Of a DNA stretch of 64,000 nucleotides, positions 46,557 to 56,401 are shown one piece after another. This DNA comes from a virus. Numbering within the stretch: the stretch's first letter is position 1; each line of letters opens with the position of its first letter. A program made the position numbers and the translations under genes. Where the stretch lies: the IMG/VR virus record IMGVR_UViG_3300046817_000745, positions 8,873-72,872 of that record. One strand, 5' to 3'. The notes beneath the pieces were generated by a model that did not search any database, was not told the DNA's origin, and saw nothing but the letters and a program-made list of their open reading frames with translations.

Positions 46557-48346
46557 GACTTCACCCATCTCTCTGTCAATACCTTCCCATCCCACGTGAT
46601 CGGGACTTGGTACGTGTCGCGATCGGTCAGGATCCTGGTCATCGTAGCCAGGGCGTCCTCAGCGTGCTCGGCCGGGAACTCGGCCAGTACTTCGTCATGG
46701 ATGGTAAGACGCAGATAAGGACTGAACCCGGCCGCATCCAGCGCGATCACGCCCTTTTTCAAGATCTCGGCGGCGTGGCCCTGGATCTTGTAGTTCAGCC
46801 CTGCATAGCTTTTGCCGCGGTCGGTGTACAGCACCCGCCCGGTGGGCGTGGTCACGAATCCGCGGCGGCCGGCGTTCTCCTCGGCCCGGCACCGCGCGGT
46901 GATCTGTGACATCAGCCGGTCAAGGCCGGGGTAGAGCCGGCCGAATGCGGTATACACCGGCCGGGCCTGCTCGACTGGCACGCCCGCGGTCACCGCCATT
47001 TTCTCCAGCCCGGATCCGTAGATCTTCGCGTAGGTGGCGTTTTTGGTCACCTGGCGGCGGGTGTCCTTCTTATCGATCTGCTCGGGGTCGGTCTGGAAGA
47101 TCTGCCCTGCCATCAGCCGGAAGAAGTCGACACCGCTCGCGTCGGCGCGGTGGAACATCTCGATCATGCCGGGGTCGGCCGAGAAGTGCGCGGCCAGGCG
47201 TGCCTCGATCTGGTCGGCGTCGATCGTCACGAACGCGTTTCCGGGCCGCGGCCGGTACGCTCCGCGGATCATCGGCACGTCCCGGTCGAAGGTCTGCATC
47301 GGCGGGTCGGTGACGCTCTGGCGTGAGGTGCGCGCCTGGATCGTGTTGATCGAGGCGTGGATGACGTCGTCGGCGTCGCGCAGGTCGAGGAATTTGCGCA
47401 GGTGCGTGTTCACGATCTTGTCGGCCTTGCGGGCGCCGGTGATCGTCTCAATCAGCCGGCGGTGTGCAGGGTACTCGGCTGCGTACATCCGCAGCGTGTC
47501 CTTGTCCATCGACGGCTGGCCGGTCTTCGTCCACGACAGCGTCGGGATCCCGACGGCATTGAGCACCCGCTCGAGCTGGGCGGAGGAGTTGACCGAGGTG
47601 ACGCCGTGCTCCCCGCGCAGCCATGCCTTCGCGTCGTGCTCCCACGCCGTGACCTGCTCGATCGAGCGCTCGATGTACGGCACGTCGAGCATCATCCCGG
47701 TGTCCATCATCTGCGCCGCGATACGAGCGGTGGCCCGTTCCAGGTCGTACGCCTCCCGGTACTTGGCGAGCACCTCGGGGCCGATCTTGTTCCAGATGTG
47801 CGCGGTCAAGACCGGGTCGAGCGCGGAGTACGCGGTGTATCCGGGGTACTCGATCGGCACAGTCGCCCACGTCCAGTGGTTGGTGGCCATCGCGTCGTGC
47901 AGCACCTGCTCGCCGATCATGGCGCGCGGGTCGATCATCTTCGCGGAGACGGGCTTGAGCCCGTGCAGGGCGATCGAGTCGTGCAGATGGCAGGCGATCA
48001 GCGTGTCGTGGATTTTCGACCAGTCGAGTTTCAGCCCGAGCTGGGCGAGCACCCGCCAGTCGTACGCGCTCTGATGCGCGGCCAGCTCGCCGCGGTACTT
48101 GCGCAGGATCTCCAGCAGACCGCCGCCCCACAGGTGCGCGGGGGCAGCCCATCCGGTGCGCATGTCGCCGATCTGGACCATGCGGCACACGTCCCGGTAC
48201 GGGGAGAGACCCGCCGACTCCGTGTCGAAGCACAGCGGACCCTGCCGACGTTCCCCGGCCCATCGCTGGCACTCGGCCAGCTCATCGATCGACATGATCG
48301 TGCGCAGGCTGACGCCGTCCAGCGCGCCGGCCATCAGACGGTCCAA
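46553..48346 (-). CDS. polA: Family A DNA polymerase with 3'-5' exonuclease
   Basis: FDTE (ExoI), YD (ExoII), YSALD (ExoIII), DADQIEAR (A), RQVTKNATYAKIYG (B), IHDE (C). Confidence 0.95.
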   Translation of the reverse strand: MDRLMAGALDGVSLRTIMSIDELAECQRWAGERRQGPLCFDTESAGLSPYRDVCRMVQIGDMRTGWAAPAHLWGGGLLEILRKYRGELAAHQSAYDWRVLAQLGLKLDWSKIHDTLIACHLHDSIALHGLKPVSAKMIDPRAMIGEQVLHDAMATNHWTWATVPIEYPGYTAYSALDPVLTAHIWNKIGPEVLAKYREAYDLERATARIAAQMMDTGMMLDVPYIERSIEQVTAWEHDAKAWLRGEHGVTSVNSSAQLERVLNAVGIPTLSWTKTGQPSMDKDTLRMYAAEYPAHRRLIETITGARKADKIVNTHLRKFLDLRDADDVIHASINTIQARTSRQSVTDPPMQTFDRDVPMIRGAYRPRPGNAFVTIDADQIEARLAAHFSADPGMIEMFHRADASGVDFFRLMAGQIFQTDPEQIDKKDTRRQVTKNATYAKIYGSGLEKMAVTAGVPVEQARPVYTAFGRLYPGLDRLMSQITARCRAEENAGRRGFVTTPTGRVLYTDRGKSYAGLNYKIQGHAAEILKKGVIALDAAGFSPYLRLTIHDEVLAEFPAEHAEDALATMTRILTDRDTYQVPITWDGKVLTERWVKS

Positions 48347-48457
48347 TGCTTGGACCAGTCCAGATTACAGGTCGAGCAGTAGTACCCCTTGTAGTAAAGC
48401 TCTTTGTATGATGACACGTCATGTCTCAACAGCTTGTGCAGCAACGCTCGGATCATG

Positions 48458-48601
48458 TCACGCCGTCCAGTGCTTGCCAGCCCGGAAGAACAGACCGTTC
48501 CAGCCTTTGCCACACGTCCAGCAGTGGTAGAAGTTCGCGTAGCCGCGGCCGGGGATGGACGTGCGGTGCAGCATCAGCTCATGCGCCCAGAGCCGGATCA
48601 T
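48458..48601 (-). CDS. Small Zn-finger-like protein
   Basis: MIRLWAHEL...YHCWTCGK. ATGA overlap. Confidence 0.5.
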   Translation of the reverse strand: MIRLWAHELMLHRTSIPGRGYANFYHCWTCGKGWNGLFFRAGKHWTA

Positions 48602-49101
48602 CGCGTGACACCCGACCTCGGGATCAGCGCGAGGAAATGCGGGTGCTCCTGCGCGACCGCGCCGAGTAGCTCGATGACCGGCTTCGACCAGAACGCCTTG
48701 CCGGTGCGGTGGTCGATCACGAGGTTGTCCACGACCTGCTGCTCCGTGTCCAGGAACCACACGTTGTGGCGCGGGATCTCCATCCGCACCGGATCGCCGG
48801 GACGCATGGCGCTCAGCTCGGGCGGGCGGCACTGCCCGCACGGCTCGGACCCCTCGAGCAGGTCGGCGGCAGTGGCCGGCTGGCCGGGGCGCGCCTGCTT
48901 CGGCGTGCGGCAGGTGGTGTCCTGGCGGTGGTAGAGAGTCGAGTCCGAGAGCCGGTGGATCACCCATCCGCCACCTTCGCGCTGGTACAGCGCGATCTCG
49001 ATCCATCGCGCCCGCTCGCCGTCGTCGGTGGTCACCTCGGCGGCGAGAACCCCCTCGAACTGCGAGACCACGGCTCCGCGGTGGTCCTTAATAATGATCA
49101 T
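48598..49101 (-). CDS. Hypothetical phage protein
   Basis: RW.EI.LY...GG.WV.HR...S..YH...C...C..C.P. TCAGGGAGGA RBS. Confidence 0.75.
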   Translation of the reverse strand: MIIIKDHRGAVVSQFEGVLAAEVTTDDGERARWIEIALYQREGGGWVIHRLSDSTLYHRQDTTCRTPKQARPGQPATAADLLEGSEPCGQCRPPELSAMRPGDPVRMEIPRHNVWFLDTEQQVVDNLVIDHRTGKAFWSKPVIELLGAVAQEHPHFLALIPRSGVTR

Positions 49102-49173
49102 GTGTTCCTCCCTGAACTAGTCCGCAGTTGAGTCTACAATAGGATCGGCACGAACGTTCAGGGAGGATTTGGC

Positions 49174-50104
49174 AATGGGCTGTCTTCATCAGGATTTCGC
49201 AGGAAGCGACCCCGTCGTACGCCAGCTCGGGATCGGCGCGGCCGCCTTGCGGTACCAGGGCCAGGGCTACGCGGTGCTCGCCCTGGCACGCGGCCGCAAA
49301 CGCCCGCACCGGATTCTGGGTGACTCCGGCGGCGTGCACTGGGCGAGCATCGACCCGCAGGCCGCGAAGTGGAGCTGGAGCAGGGACCGCGCGGCCAACC
49401 TCGGCGTCGCGTGCGGGTCCCCATCTCGGCTGATCGTGGTCGACCTGGACGTCAAGGGCGGCCGCGACGGACCCGGGGAACTGACCCGGTTCATGGCGCA
49501 GTACCAGCTGGGCATCCGTGACGCCGCGGTGGCGGCCACCCCCTCGGGTGGCACGCACCTGTGGCTGCGCACCCCCGACGGGATGCGGGTACAGGGACGT
49601 CCCGGGATCCTGCCCGGCGTCGACATCCTCGGTGACGGCAACCTCGTGGTCGCCGCGCCCTCGATGGCGATGGTGTCCGGGCGCGGCGGCGAGCAGGTCC
49701 CGATCCCGTACCGGTGGACCGCCGGATGCTACTGCGCCGCCGGCCCGGTCCCGCCCTGGATGCTGGCGTGGATTGCCTCGGCCGGGCCGGGTATGGGCAG
49801 CGCCGGATCGGGCAGTGGCGGCGGCGGGGAGGAGGACGTCGACCTGGACGCGCTGCGCGAGCGCGGCGCGGCGGCCGGCACACGCAACCGCGAGCTGTAC
49901 CGGGCCGCGTGCAAGCTGCACCGCACACTGGCGCCGCAGGACGTGCTCGCGCAGCTCGAGGTGATGTGGCGGGCCGGAGACACGTCGGGGCTGCCGTGGC
50001 GCGAGGTGCTGACCCTCAACGAGAGCGCCCGCAAGTTCATCGACGGACAGCAGCAGCGCGAACGGGCGCTACGCGATGCGTGGGTCAGGAGTGGTATGCG
50101 ATGA
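49174..50104 (+). CDS. Bifunctional DNA primase/polymerase (Prim-Pol)
   Basis: NLGVACG....VVDLD, TPSGGTHLW, GVDI.G.G..VVA.PS. PriCT-like G.RN..LY..A. Confidence 0.92.
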
Positions 50105-50344
50105 ACGCATCCGAGCGGTCCGGGCAGTGGCGAGGGGCCCGGCGCCTTCCCGTGCCGAGCCCCTCGTGAGTCCCGGATGTCCGCACTAGGCTGGCGGGAT
50201 CCCCCTGGACCCGAGGATGAACCGCCGCACACGAGACCGTCTTGACCCGGTCTTCCCGCGAAACACCGTGAGCACCCGATCGAAAAGGAACGCTCAGATG
50301 CGCATCCTACCGCAAGCACCTGCAAACACGACAAGGTCACGGCC

Positions 50345-51748
50345 GTGACCGGCGCACCGGCCGCGCCCGCAGCCGTCGGCGTGCTGATGGACATCCTGCA
50401 CCGCGACTACTACGTGTCGGCCACCACGGACGGGCGCCTGTTCGCCGTGCGCCTGGACACGCCCTCGGTCATGATCCCGATGCGCGGATCCTCCGGCATG
50501 CGCCAGCGCCTGGCCGTGGACATGTACGTGCAGACCGGCCGGGCCGCGAACAGTGACGCGCTCACCTCGGTCCTGAACCTCGCCGAAGGCGCGGCCATGA
50601 GCCGCAAGCGGGTCACCCCGAATCTGCGGATCGCGCCCTGGCACGGGGCGGTGTACATCGACCTGGGCCGCACGGACGGCAAGGCGGTGGAGCTGAAGCC
50701 GGGAGCGTGGCGCGTGGTGGACCGCCCGCCCGTCCTGTTCACCCGCACGGCGCTCACCGCCGAGCTGCCGCTGCCGGCCGAGGAAGGCCGGATGGAAGAG
50801 GCACGGGACCTGATCAACGTGCGCTCGCCGGACGACTGGGCGCTGTACATCGCCTGCCGGGTCGCGTCCCTCTTCCCCGGCATCACGCACCCGATCGAGG
50901 TGATCTCGGGTCCGCCCGGGTCGGCGAAGACCGCGGCCACCAAGGTCACCTCCAACTGGATCGACGCCTCCCCCGCCATGCTCCCGGTCCCGCGGGACGG
51001 GCGCACCTGGGCGGCCATGGCCGGCGGGCGGTACGTGCTGCCGCTGGACAACGTGAGCGGTGTGGCGCGCTGGTGGTCGGACGCTCTGTGCAAGGCGGCG
51101 TCCGGGGACGGCTGGGTGGACCGCGCGCTGTACACCGACGGAGACCTGTACGTCGCCGCGTTCCAGTCTGTGATCATCCTGAACGGGATCACGCTGGGCG
51201 GGCTACAGGGCGACCTGGCCGACCGGCTCGCGGCGCACCACCTGTCCCGGATCACGGCGTACCGCTCCGATGATGAGGTCGCGGCCACCTGGGCGCTGGC
51301 GCATCCCGGGGCGCTGGCCTGGCTGCTGGACCGCGCCGCGGAGATCCTCGGAGACATGCAGTCCCTGCCGCAGATGACCGGGCCGGACCGCCTGATCCGC
51401 TTCTCACAGATCGTGCAGCTGATCGACCGGCGGTGGCACACCAACGCGCTGGGCGCCTGGCGGGCGGGGCGCATCGGCGTGCTCGAGGACATCGCCGAGG
51501 GCGACCTGGTCGCCGTCGCGCTGCGCCAGGCGGTGCACGCACCGTGGTACGGCACCTCGACCGAGCTGCTGCACCACCTGATGATGCACGGCGGTCTGCA
51601 GGACGAGGGCGGGAAGCGGTGGACGCCGCAGATGCTCAGTGAGCGGTTGGAGCGCACCGGCCAGGCTCTGGCGGCCATCGGCTGGCGGGTCGAGCGGGGT
51701 CGCGCGCACGGGGGCAAGCGCATGATCTGGGTCAACCCGCCGCAATGA
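50345..51748 (+). CDS. Replicative ATPase/helicase partner of Prim-Pol
   Basis: GPPGSAKT Walker A, LDNVS Walker B, RALYTD, LNGI, DL.DR. Confidence 0.8.
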   Translation: MTGAPAAPAAVGVLMDILHRDYYVSATTDGRLFAVRLDTPSVMIPMRGSSGMRQRLAVDMYVQTGRAANSDALTSVLNLAEGAAMSRKRVTPNLRIAPWHGAVYIDLGRTDGKAVELKPGAWRVVDRPPVLFTRTALTAELPLPAEEGRMEEARDLINVRSPDDWALYIACRVASLFPGITHPIEVISGPPGSAKTAATKVTSNWIDASPAMLPVPRDGRTWAAMAGGRYVLPLDNVSGVARWWSDALCKAASGDGWVDRALYTDGDLYVAAFQSVIILNGITLGGLQGDLADRLAAHHLSRITAYRSDDEVAATWALAHPGALAWLLDRAAEILGDMQSLPQMTGPDRLIRFSQIVQLIDRRWHTNALGAWRAGRIGVLEDIAEGDLVAVALRQAVHAPWYGTSTELLHHLMMHGGLQDEGGKRWTPQMLSERLERTGQALAAIGWRVERGRAHGGKRMIWVNPPQ

Positions 51749-51767
51749 GTCAAGACGTTGAGTAAGT

Positions 51768-51882
51768 GGTGACGCGGTGACGAGGGTGACGGCTTTTTCT
51801 ACTACCATCTGCTTCCCCCTCTTAAAATCCTAGGGACAGATAGTAGTAGGGAGAGGCGTCACCAGCGTCACCGCTCGTCACC
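51768..51882. repeat. Candidate replication origin: 3x GGTGACG and 3x CGTCACC around an AT-richer core
   Basis: Repeats at 51768, 51776, 51785 and inverted copies at 51857, 51866, 51876, directly after the helicase stop. Confidence 0.65.
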
Positions 51883-51918
51883 TAACGATCTTGGAAACAG
51901 ATGCGGCATGCGAGAGAA

Positions 51919-51965
51919 GCGCCACCGACAGATGTGGAACGCCAAAAGTGCGCCACCGACAGATG
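51919..51965. repeat. 16-bp direct repeat GCGCCACCGACAGATG, two copies
   Basis: Copies at 51919 and 51950. Confidence 0.8.
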
Positions 51966-52138
51966 ATGCTGTGTTGGACCTCGCCACCGGGTGACGCCTA
52001 TTTGTAGATCCACATCTGCCCCGAACTGAGTTTCAGATGATCTCTGCGGGAACTGCGTCGTTGCAGGTCGTGGAGTTGCGTTGTTCGGTTCTTTGAATAT
52101 GATCTTGAAACCCTATGGAAGGGTGATCTTGCGGACGT

Positions 52139-52783
52139 ATGATGACCGACATGGACGTACCCCCACGTGCGATGGACGAGATCATGGCCGCCATGATCGG
52201 ACCGGCACCGGATCACCAGTGCCGCGGGACCAACCGGGGCGGAGGGCCATGCGGCAGGGGTCCGGTGCCCGGCGCGACGGTGTGCGCGATGCACGGGGGC
52301 AAGGCGCCCGCCGTGGTCGCCAAGGCCGAGATACGCCTGGCGGAGCGCGAGGCGGTGATGGTCGCGAGGCGCGCCGTGCTCGACCTGACCGACGCCGAGT
52401 TGATCGAGCAGTTCGGCAATCCCGGCGAGACGCTGCAGTGGATCATCGCCATGAGCCGGGCCCTGGCGTCCCGGCTGCACGTCGCGGTCGCCGATCTGTC
52501 CGACCTGGTGTATACCGACGCGTTCGGCAACATTCACGTGCGCGGAGAAGTCAATGCGCTGATGAAGGCGATAGCCCTGGCCGGCTCGCACGCGGAGCGG
52601 GCCCTGCGCCTGAACCTGGATCACCGCGGTCTGCAGGTGCAGGAGCGGCAGCTGGCGCTGCTCGACCGCGCGCTGGACACCGCCCTGGCGCAGGCCGGGC
52701 TGGACGCCGACACCCAGCGCACCGTGCGCCGCGTGCTGCGCACCGAGATCCTGGCCGCAGACGAGACAGCAGACGCGAATTGA
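52139..52783 (+). CDS. HGGxSTG-like protein, terminase small subunit candidate
   Basis: C....R.G.PC.......VC.MHGG..P followed by a helical region. Confidence 0.6.
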   Translation: MMTDMDVPPRAMDEIMAAMIGPAPDHQCRGTNRGGGPCGRGPVPGATVCAMHGGKAPAVVAKAEIRLAEREAVMVARRAVLDLTDAELIEQFGNPGETLQWIIAMSRALASRLHVAVADLSDLVYTDAFGNIHVRGEVNALMKAIALAGSHAERALRLNLDHRGLQVQERQLALLDRALDTALAQAGLDADTQRTVRRVLRTEILAADETADAN

Positions 52784-52887
52784 TCGGCCGCCCGGGACAG
52801 GCCGAGCCTTTCGCGTGACGTTGCACTACTCAGTGAGACCGTGGCAGGGTAGACTGCTGACAAGTGATGGTTCAGGGAGGAAACGCA

Positions 52888-53358
52888 GTGAAGATCAGCG
52901 TCCGGGGTGTCGATTACACCCCCGTGCACGTCAGCGAAGTAGGGATCTTCAGCATCATCGTCCGCGGTGTGCGGTACGAGTCGGACACCCTGGCGGGCCT
53001 ACGCAGCAAGGTGTTCCTGCGTGCGCGCGGGCACGGCGTCAAGGTCACGATCCCGTTCACGGCCATCGAAAACGGTGTGATCCGCAACGGCGTCGCCACC
53101 GGATTCCACGAGGTCGACGGCTCGATCCTGGTGCACTGGGAAGAGACCCCGTACCGCGCCGAGACGCTCGGATGGAGCTGCACCACCCTGGCTCCGCTCA
53201 CCGAGCACGGCGCCGACCTGTACCGGCAGCTGTCCGCCGACTACTGGGCGGCGCGCAGCGTCGTCGAGAAATTCGAGCAGCGCCATGCAATCGACCTGAG
53301 AAGCAGGATCATCGCGGCGATCTCCGTCGCGGTCGAGAAGGAGGACAAAGAACTGTGA
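52888..53358 (+). CDS. Hypothetical protein
   Basis: Promoter/operator and TCAGGGAGGA upstream. Confidence 0.7.
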   Translation: MKISVRGVDYTPVHVSEVGIFSIIVRGVRYESDTLAGLRSKVFLRARGHGVKVTIPFTAIENGVIRNGVATGFHEVDGSILVHWEETPYRAETLGWSCTTLAPLTEHGADLYRQLSADYWAARSVVEKFEQRHAIDLRSRIIAAISVAVEKEDKEL

Positions 53359-54059
53359 GCGATCAGACGTTCGGCGCGTGGCTGATGGAGCAGCACGAGC
53401 GCCAAGACGCCACGGGCGCGCTTTCGCGTGCGTGGACACATCTGCGCGAGGCACGCGGGTACAACCGCACCCACACGGCGAAGTCCATCGGCCAGCTGCT
53501 CTCCGCCCAGCTCGGCGAGGACTGGCAGAAGTTGCGCGGAGACGAGTCGATCACCGCGGCCGAGGCCGAGTGGAAGACCGGCACGACGCTGGAGCGGCAG
53601 GGAGATCACGGGATGGTGTTGCCACCGGATGGGCACCAGCCCCAAGGCATCCCTGAGCCGTGGAAGACCCCGGCCGGTGGCGAGCAGTTGCAGTTGCCCG
53701 GCATGCCGTCCGGGTACGCGGTCACCGGTCCGGATCTCGAGTCGATGATTGCGGCTGTGCCCGTGCCCGCGCCCGCACCGCCCATGGCCATCCTCGTGGT
53801 CGACGGATACGAGTACGAGTTGACCCCCGGCCGCCGCTATGTGCTGGACCTGCGCCCGGTCCTGCGCCAGGACAGCGACAACCCGGCTCCGGCACGTGCG
53901 AACACGGCCACCCATGTGGACACAGACATCTTCGCGCCGGCTCCGCAGCTGATCGACGACCAGGGCCGGCTCAACTTCGCGGTGCTGTATGCCCTGGCCG
54001 ACCACACCCTGCCCGAAGGCGCCGACCTGGCGTCGCTCGGCCTGGCCGGTGATGAGTGA
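53355..54059 (+). CDS. Protein with N-terminal YozE/SAM-like domain
   Basis: TF..WL..Q..R.D..G.L...W...A..EW. Confidence 0.55.
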   Translation: MSDQTFGAWLMEQHERQDATGALSRAWTHLREARGYNRTHTAKSIGQLLSAQLGEDWQKLRGDESITAAEAEWKTGTTLERQGDHGMVLPPDGHQPQGIPEPWKTPAGGEQLQLPGMPSGYAVTGPDLESMIAAVPVPAPAPPMAILVVDGYEYELTPGRRYVLDLRPVLRQDSDNPAPARANTATHVDTDIFAPAPQLIDDQGRLNFAVLYALADHTLPEGADLASLGLAGDE

Positions 54060-54265
54060 TCGTGAGCGGATCCGCCAGGACCGCGCTGATCCGGATCGAG
54101 CTGGAGTTCACCGTCACCGACATGGCGAGCGAGGGTGAGATGCTCGACGCCGTGACCCGCGCGATCGTGGTGGCCAAGCCCGAGCTGGAGTCGCCCAATG
54201 GTCAGTGCTCGGTGCGCGTGGTCGCCTCGCACGTCACGACGAAGCACACAGGAGGATCGCTGTGA
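54056..54265 (+). CDS. Hypothetical protein
   Basis: GTGA overlaps at both ends. Confidence 0.6.
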   Translation: MIVSGSARTALIRIELEFTVTDMASEGEMLDAVTRAIVVAKPELESPNGQCSVRVVASHVTTKHTGGSL

Positions 54266-54465
54266 GCATGCCCGAGCAGTTCCGGCCGATCGGCGAGCTG
54301 GACGACGGAGTCACCGGCGTCGTGATCGAACGGCGCGACCCGGCGCGCTGGCAGGGCGCCTTGGCCGACGCGGTCGACCTCGCCATCGACGACGCCGAGC
54401 CGGTGTACCTGGTCGAGGACGGCAAGCGCGTCGCCGTCATCACACCGGTTGCCGACCCGCAGTGA
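54262..54465 (+). CDS. Small protein with Phd/YefM-like motif
   Basis: L...VD.A.....PVYL..DGK.VAVI.P. Confidence 0.55.
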   Translation: MSMPEQFRPIGELDDGVTGVVIERRDPARWQGALADAVDLAIDDAEPVYLVEDGKRVAVITPVADPQ

Positions 54466-54665
54466 GTGAGAGCTCGCTCGACGACCTGGCCCGACGCGCG
54501 ATCGACGCGGTCGCGGCCGGCCAGAAAACCATCACGGTGACGCCGGCTGATCACCGGTGCCTCCGGTCGGCCACCGACGAAGACTGGAACAGTGCACTGA
54601 TCCGCAACGGCTCGGGGCCGATCTACGGCGTCGGCCTGGATGTGGTGGTGGTGGCAGATGCGTAA
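54462..54665 (+). CDS. Hypothetical protein
   Basis: GTGA overlap. Confidence 0.55.
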   Translation: MSESSLDDLARRAIDAVAAGQKTITVTPADHRCLRSATDEDWNSALIRNGSGPIYGVGLDVVVVADA

Positions 54666-54849
54666 ACCGCAGCGCGCCCGCGCGACGTGGTTCGCCCTGT
54701 ACAGGGCGGGCTACCGGCTGCACCGCGACCGCGTCAACCGGTGTTGGTGGTTGGAGATGCCCGACAAGTGCATCGGGTGGGCAGGGATCCGCACGCGCGA
54801 GCTCAGAAGAGTGCCCGAGACGGCTGCCAGGACGTGGCGGCCGGTGTAG
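54658..54849 (+). CDS. Hypothetical basic protein
   Basis: Overlapping junction. Confidence 0.5.
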   Translation: MRKPQRARATWFALYRAGYRLHRDRVNRCWWLEMPDKCIGWAGIRTRELRRVPETAARTWRPV

Positions 54850-54879
54850 TCTGCAGGTGAGGACAAGTTCAGGGAGGAA

Positions 54880-55182
54880 ATGCAGATGGTTCTAGATCAT
54901 GAAACAGCGGCGGAGCTGCTGTTCATCGCCGTGACGGCGGTCCCCGCCAGCGTGTCAGAGGCAATGCGTGTGGCTGCCGAGGAGTACACGCGGATCCACG
55001 GCGATCTGACGGTCGTCGCAACGCAGATGGCGAGCCAGTTCGGCGATCACCCGGAGAGTGCCACCGCGCGGATGCGCCGCTGCCTCGCCGTGGCACCCCT
55101 GCACATGGTGGCGCCTGAGCCCAGCGACACGCAGGAGTTCGCCGACCTCGGTACCTTCGAGCGGCTCACGGGTGACTGGTGA
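54880..55182 (+). CDS. Hypothetical actinobacterial protein
   Basis: MA..FGDHPE.A..RMR.C motif. TCAGGGAGGA upstream. Confidence 0.7.
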   Translation: MQMVLDHETAAELLFIAVTAVPASVSEAMRVAAEEYTRIHGDLTVVATQMASQFGDHPESATARMRRCLAVAPLHMVAPEPSDTQEFADLGTFERLTGDW

Positions 55183-55445
55183 TGACCGCCGCTCTCACGC
55201 CTCTTGGCAATGACCGGGACCTGCTGATCCAGGTCGCCGAGCTGGTGGTCTCCACGCAGTTCGGATCCCATTCGATGCTGCAGCGCAAGCTGCGGGTCGG
55301 ATTCGCCAAGGTCGGTCGGCTGTTGGACATGCTGGAGGAGCGTGGCATCGTCGGTCCATCCGACGGCGCCCGCGCACGCGACGTGCTCGTGCCACGCGAG
55401 CAGCTGGCCACCGTGGTTGACGCGATCCGGAACGAGGCCCGCTAA
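55179..55445 (+). CDS. Stand-alone FtsK gamma (winged-helix) domain protein
   Basis: [40 protein letters not shown]...RDVLV closely matches the actinobacterial FtsK C-terminus. Confidence 0.9.
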   Translation: MMTAALTPLGNDRDLLIQVAELVVSTQFGSHSMLQRKLRVGFAKVGRLLDMLEERGIVGPSDGARARDVLVPREQLATVVDAIRNEAR

Positions 55446-55933
55446 TGCCCGCCCGCTACGCCGCCGGAACGGATGTGCCCACGGACCGGTCGATCGCCGA
55501 GGTCCGCCGAATCCTGCGCAACTACGGCGCGACCGGATTCGTGTTCGCCGAAGATGAGACCCGGGCCGTGATCGGCTTCGTCATGCGCGACCGGCAGGTG
55601 CGGTTCGCGCTGCCGATGCCGGATCCGAAGGACCGCGAGTTCACGCACACTCCGTTGAAGCAGGAAAAGCGCACTCCGGCCGGTGCGGCTGCCGAGTATG
55701 AGAAGGCCGTTCGCCAGGCGTACCGGGTGTTCGTGGTCGTCATCAAGGCGAAGCTGGCGGCCGTCCAGTCGAAGCTGATCAGCTTCGATGACGAGTTCCT
55801 CGCGTTCCTGGTGCTGCCCGGCGGCCAGACCGTCGGCGATGTGACACGGCCCGGAATTGCCGAGGCGTACACGACTGGTCAGGTTCCGGCGCTGCTGCCG
55901 GACTACCCGCGCGCAATCGAGGCGGGCCGCTGA
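55445..55933 (+). CDS. Conserved phage protein
   Basis: YA..T.V...RS..E....L..YGA..F...IKAKL.AV......F..EFLA..VLP.G.TV. Confidence 0.8.
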   Translation: MPARYAAGTDVPTDRSIAEVRRILRNYGATGFVFAEDETRAVIGFVMRDRQVRFALPMPDPKDREFTHTPLKQEKRTPAGAAAEYEKAVRQAYRVFVVVIKAKLAAVQSKLISFDDEFLAFLVLPGGQTVGDVTRPGIAEAYTTGQVPALLPDYPRAIEAGR

Positions 55934-56217
55934 TGGACACGGCGGAGGACTGGGGTGTGTACGTCAACGAGGTCTCGATCAACGCGACCCGGCAGGGCAT
56001 CGAGTGGTGGACCGCGTTCAGCGCCCGATTCGAGGGCACGGGCCGCATGACGTGCCTGACCCCGAGCATTGCCGGGTCCGCCTGGCACGTGGCCTGCGAC
56101 AACGAGCTGGACGCCGGCTGGCTGGCCTGGGAGATGGTCGAGGAGCACGGCATCCCGAAGCGCGCGGTCAAGGTCAAGCGCCTTTCGCAGTGCCAGCACC
56201 TGACGGGGAAGAGCTGA
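55933..56217 (+). CDS. Hypothetical protein
   Basis: TGATG overlap. Confidence 0.65.
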   Translation: MDTAEDWGVYVNEVSINATRQGIEWWTAFSARFEGTGRMTCLTPSIAGSAWHVACDNELDAGWLAWEMVEEHGIPKRAVKVKRLSQCQHLTGKS

Positions 56218-56399
56218 TGGACGGACTCGGCTGGCACATCGCCACCGCGCACCACCTGCTCGGGCACGACAAGGCCGCGGCCGTGCTGGGCGTGGATCCG
56301 GGCGACAAGTCCGCGTGCCTGATCTGCGCCTACGAGCGCGAACCGACGGATGAGAACAAGCGCGCGGTCGAGGCCGCCCTGGCGCCGAAAGAGGACTGA
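56217..56399 (+). CDS. Hypothetical protein
   Basis: TGATG overlap. H...HH...CxxC. Confidence 0.6.
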   Translation: MDGLGWHIATAHHLLGHDKAAAVLGVDPGDKSACLICAYEREPTDENKRAVEAALAPKED

Positions 56400-56401
56400 C
56401 C

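Noticed and set aside
50101-50344. Frameshifted N-terminal extension of the helicase
   Set aside because: Only short ORFs with stops and no slippery site or motif. Treated as intergenic.
51768-51995. Short repeats as a mini-CRISPR array
   Set aside because: The repeats are 7-16 bp, partly inverted, with no regular unique spacers.
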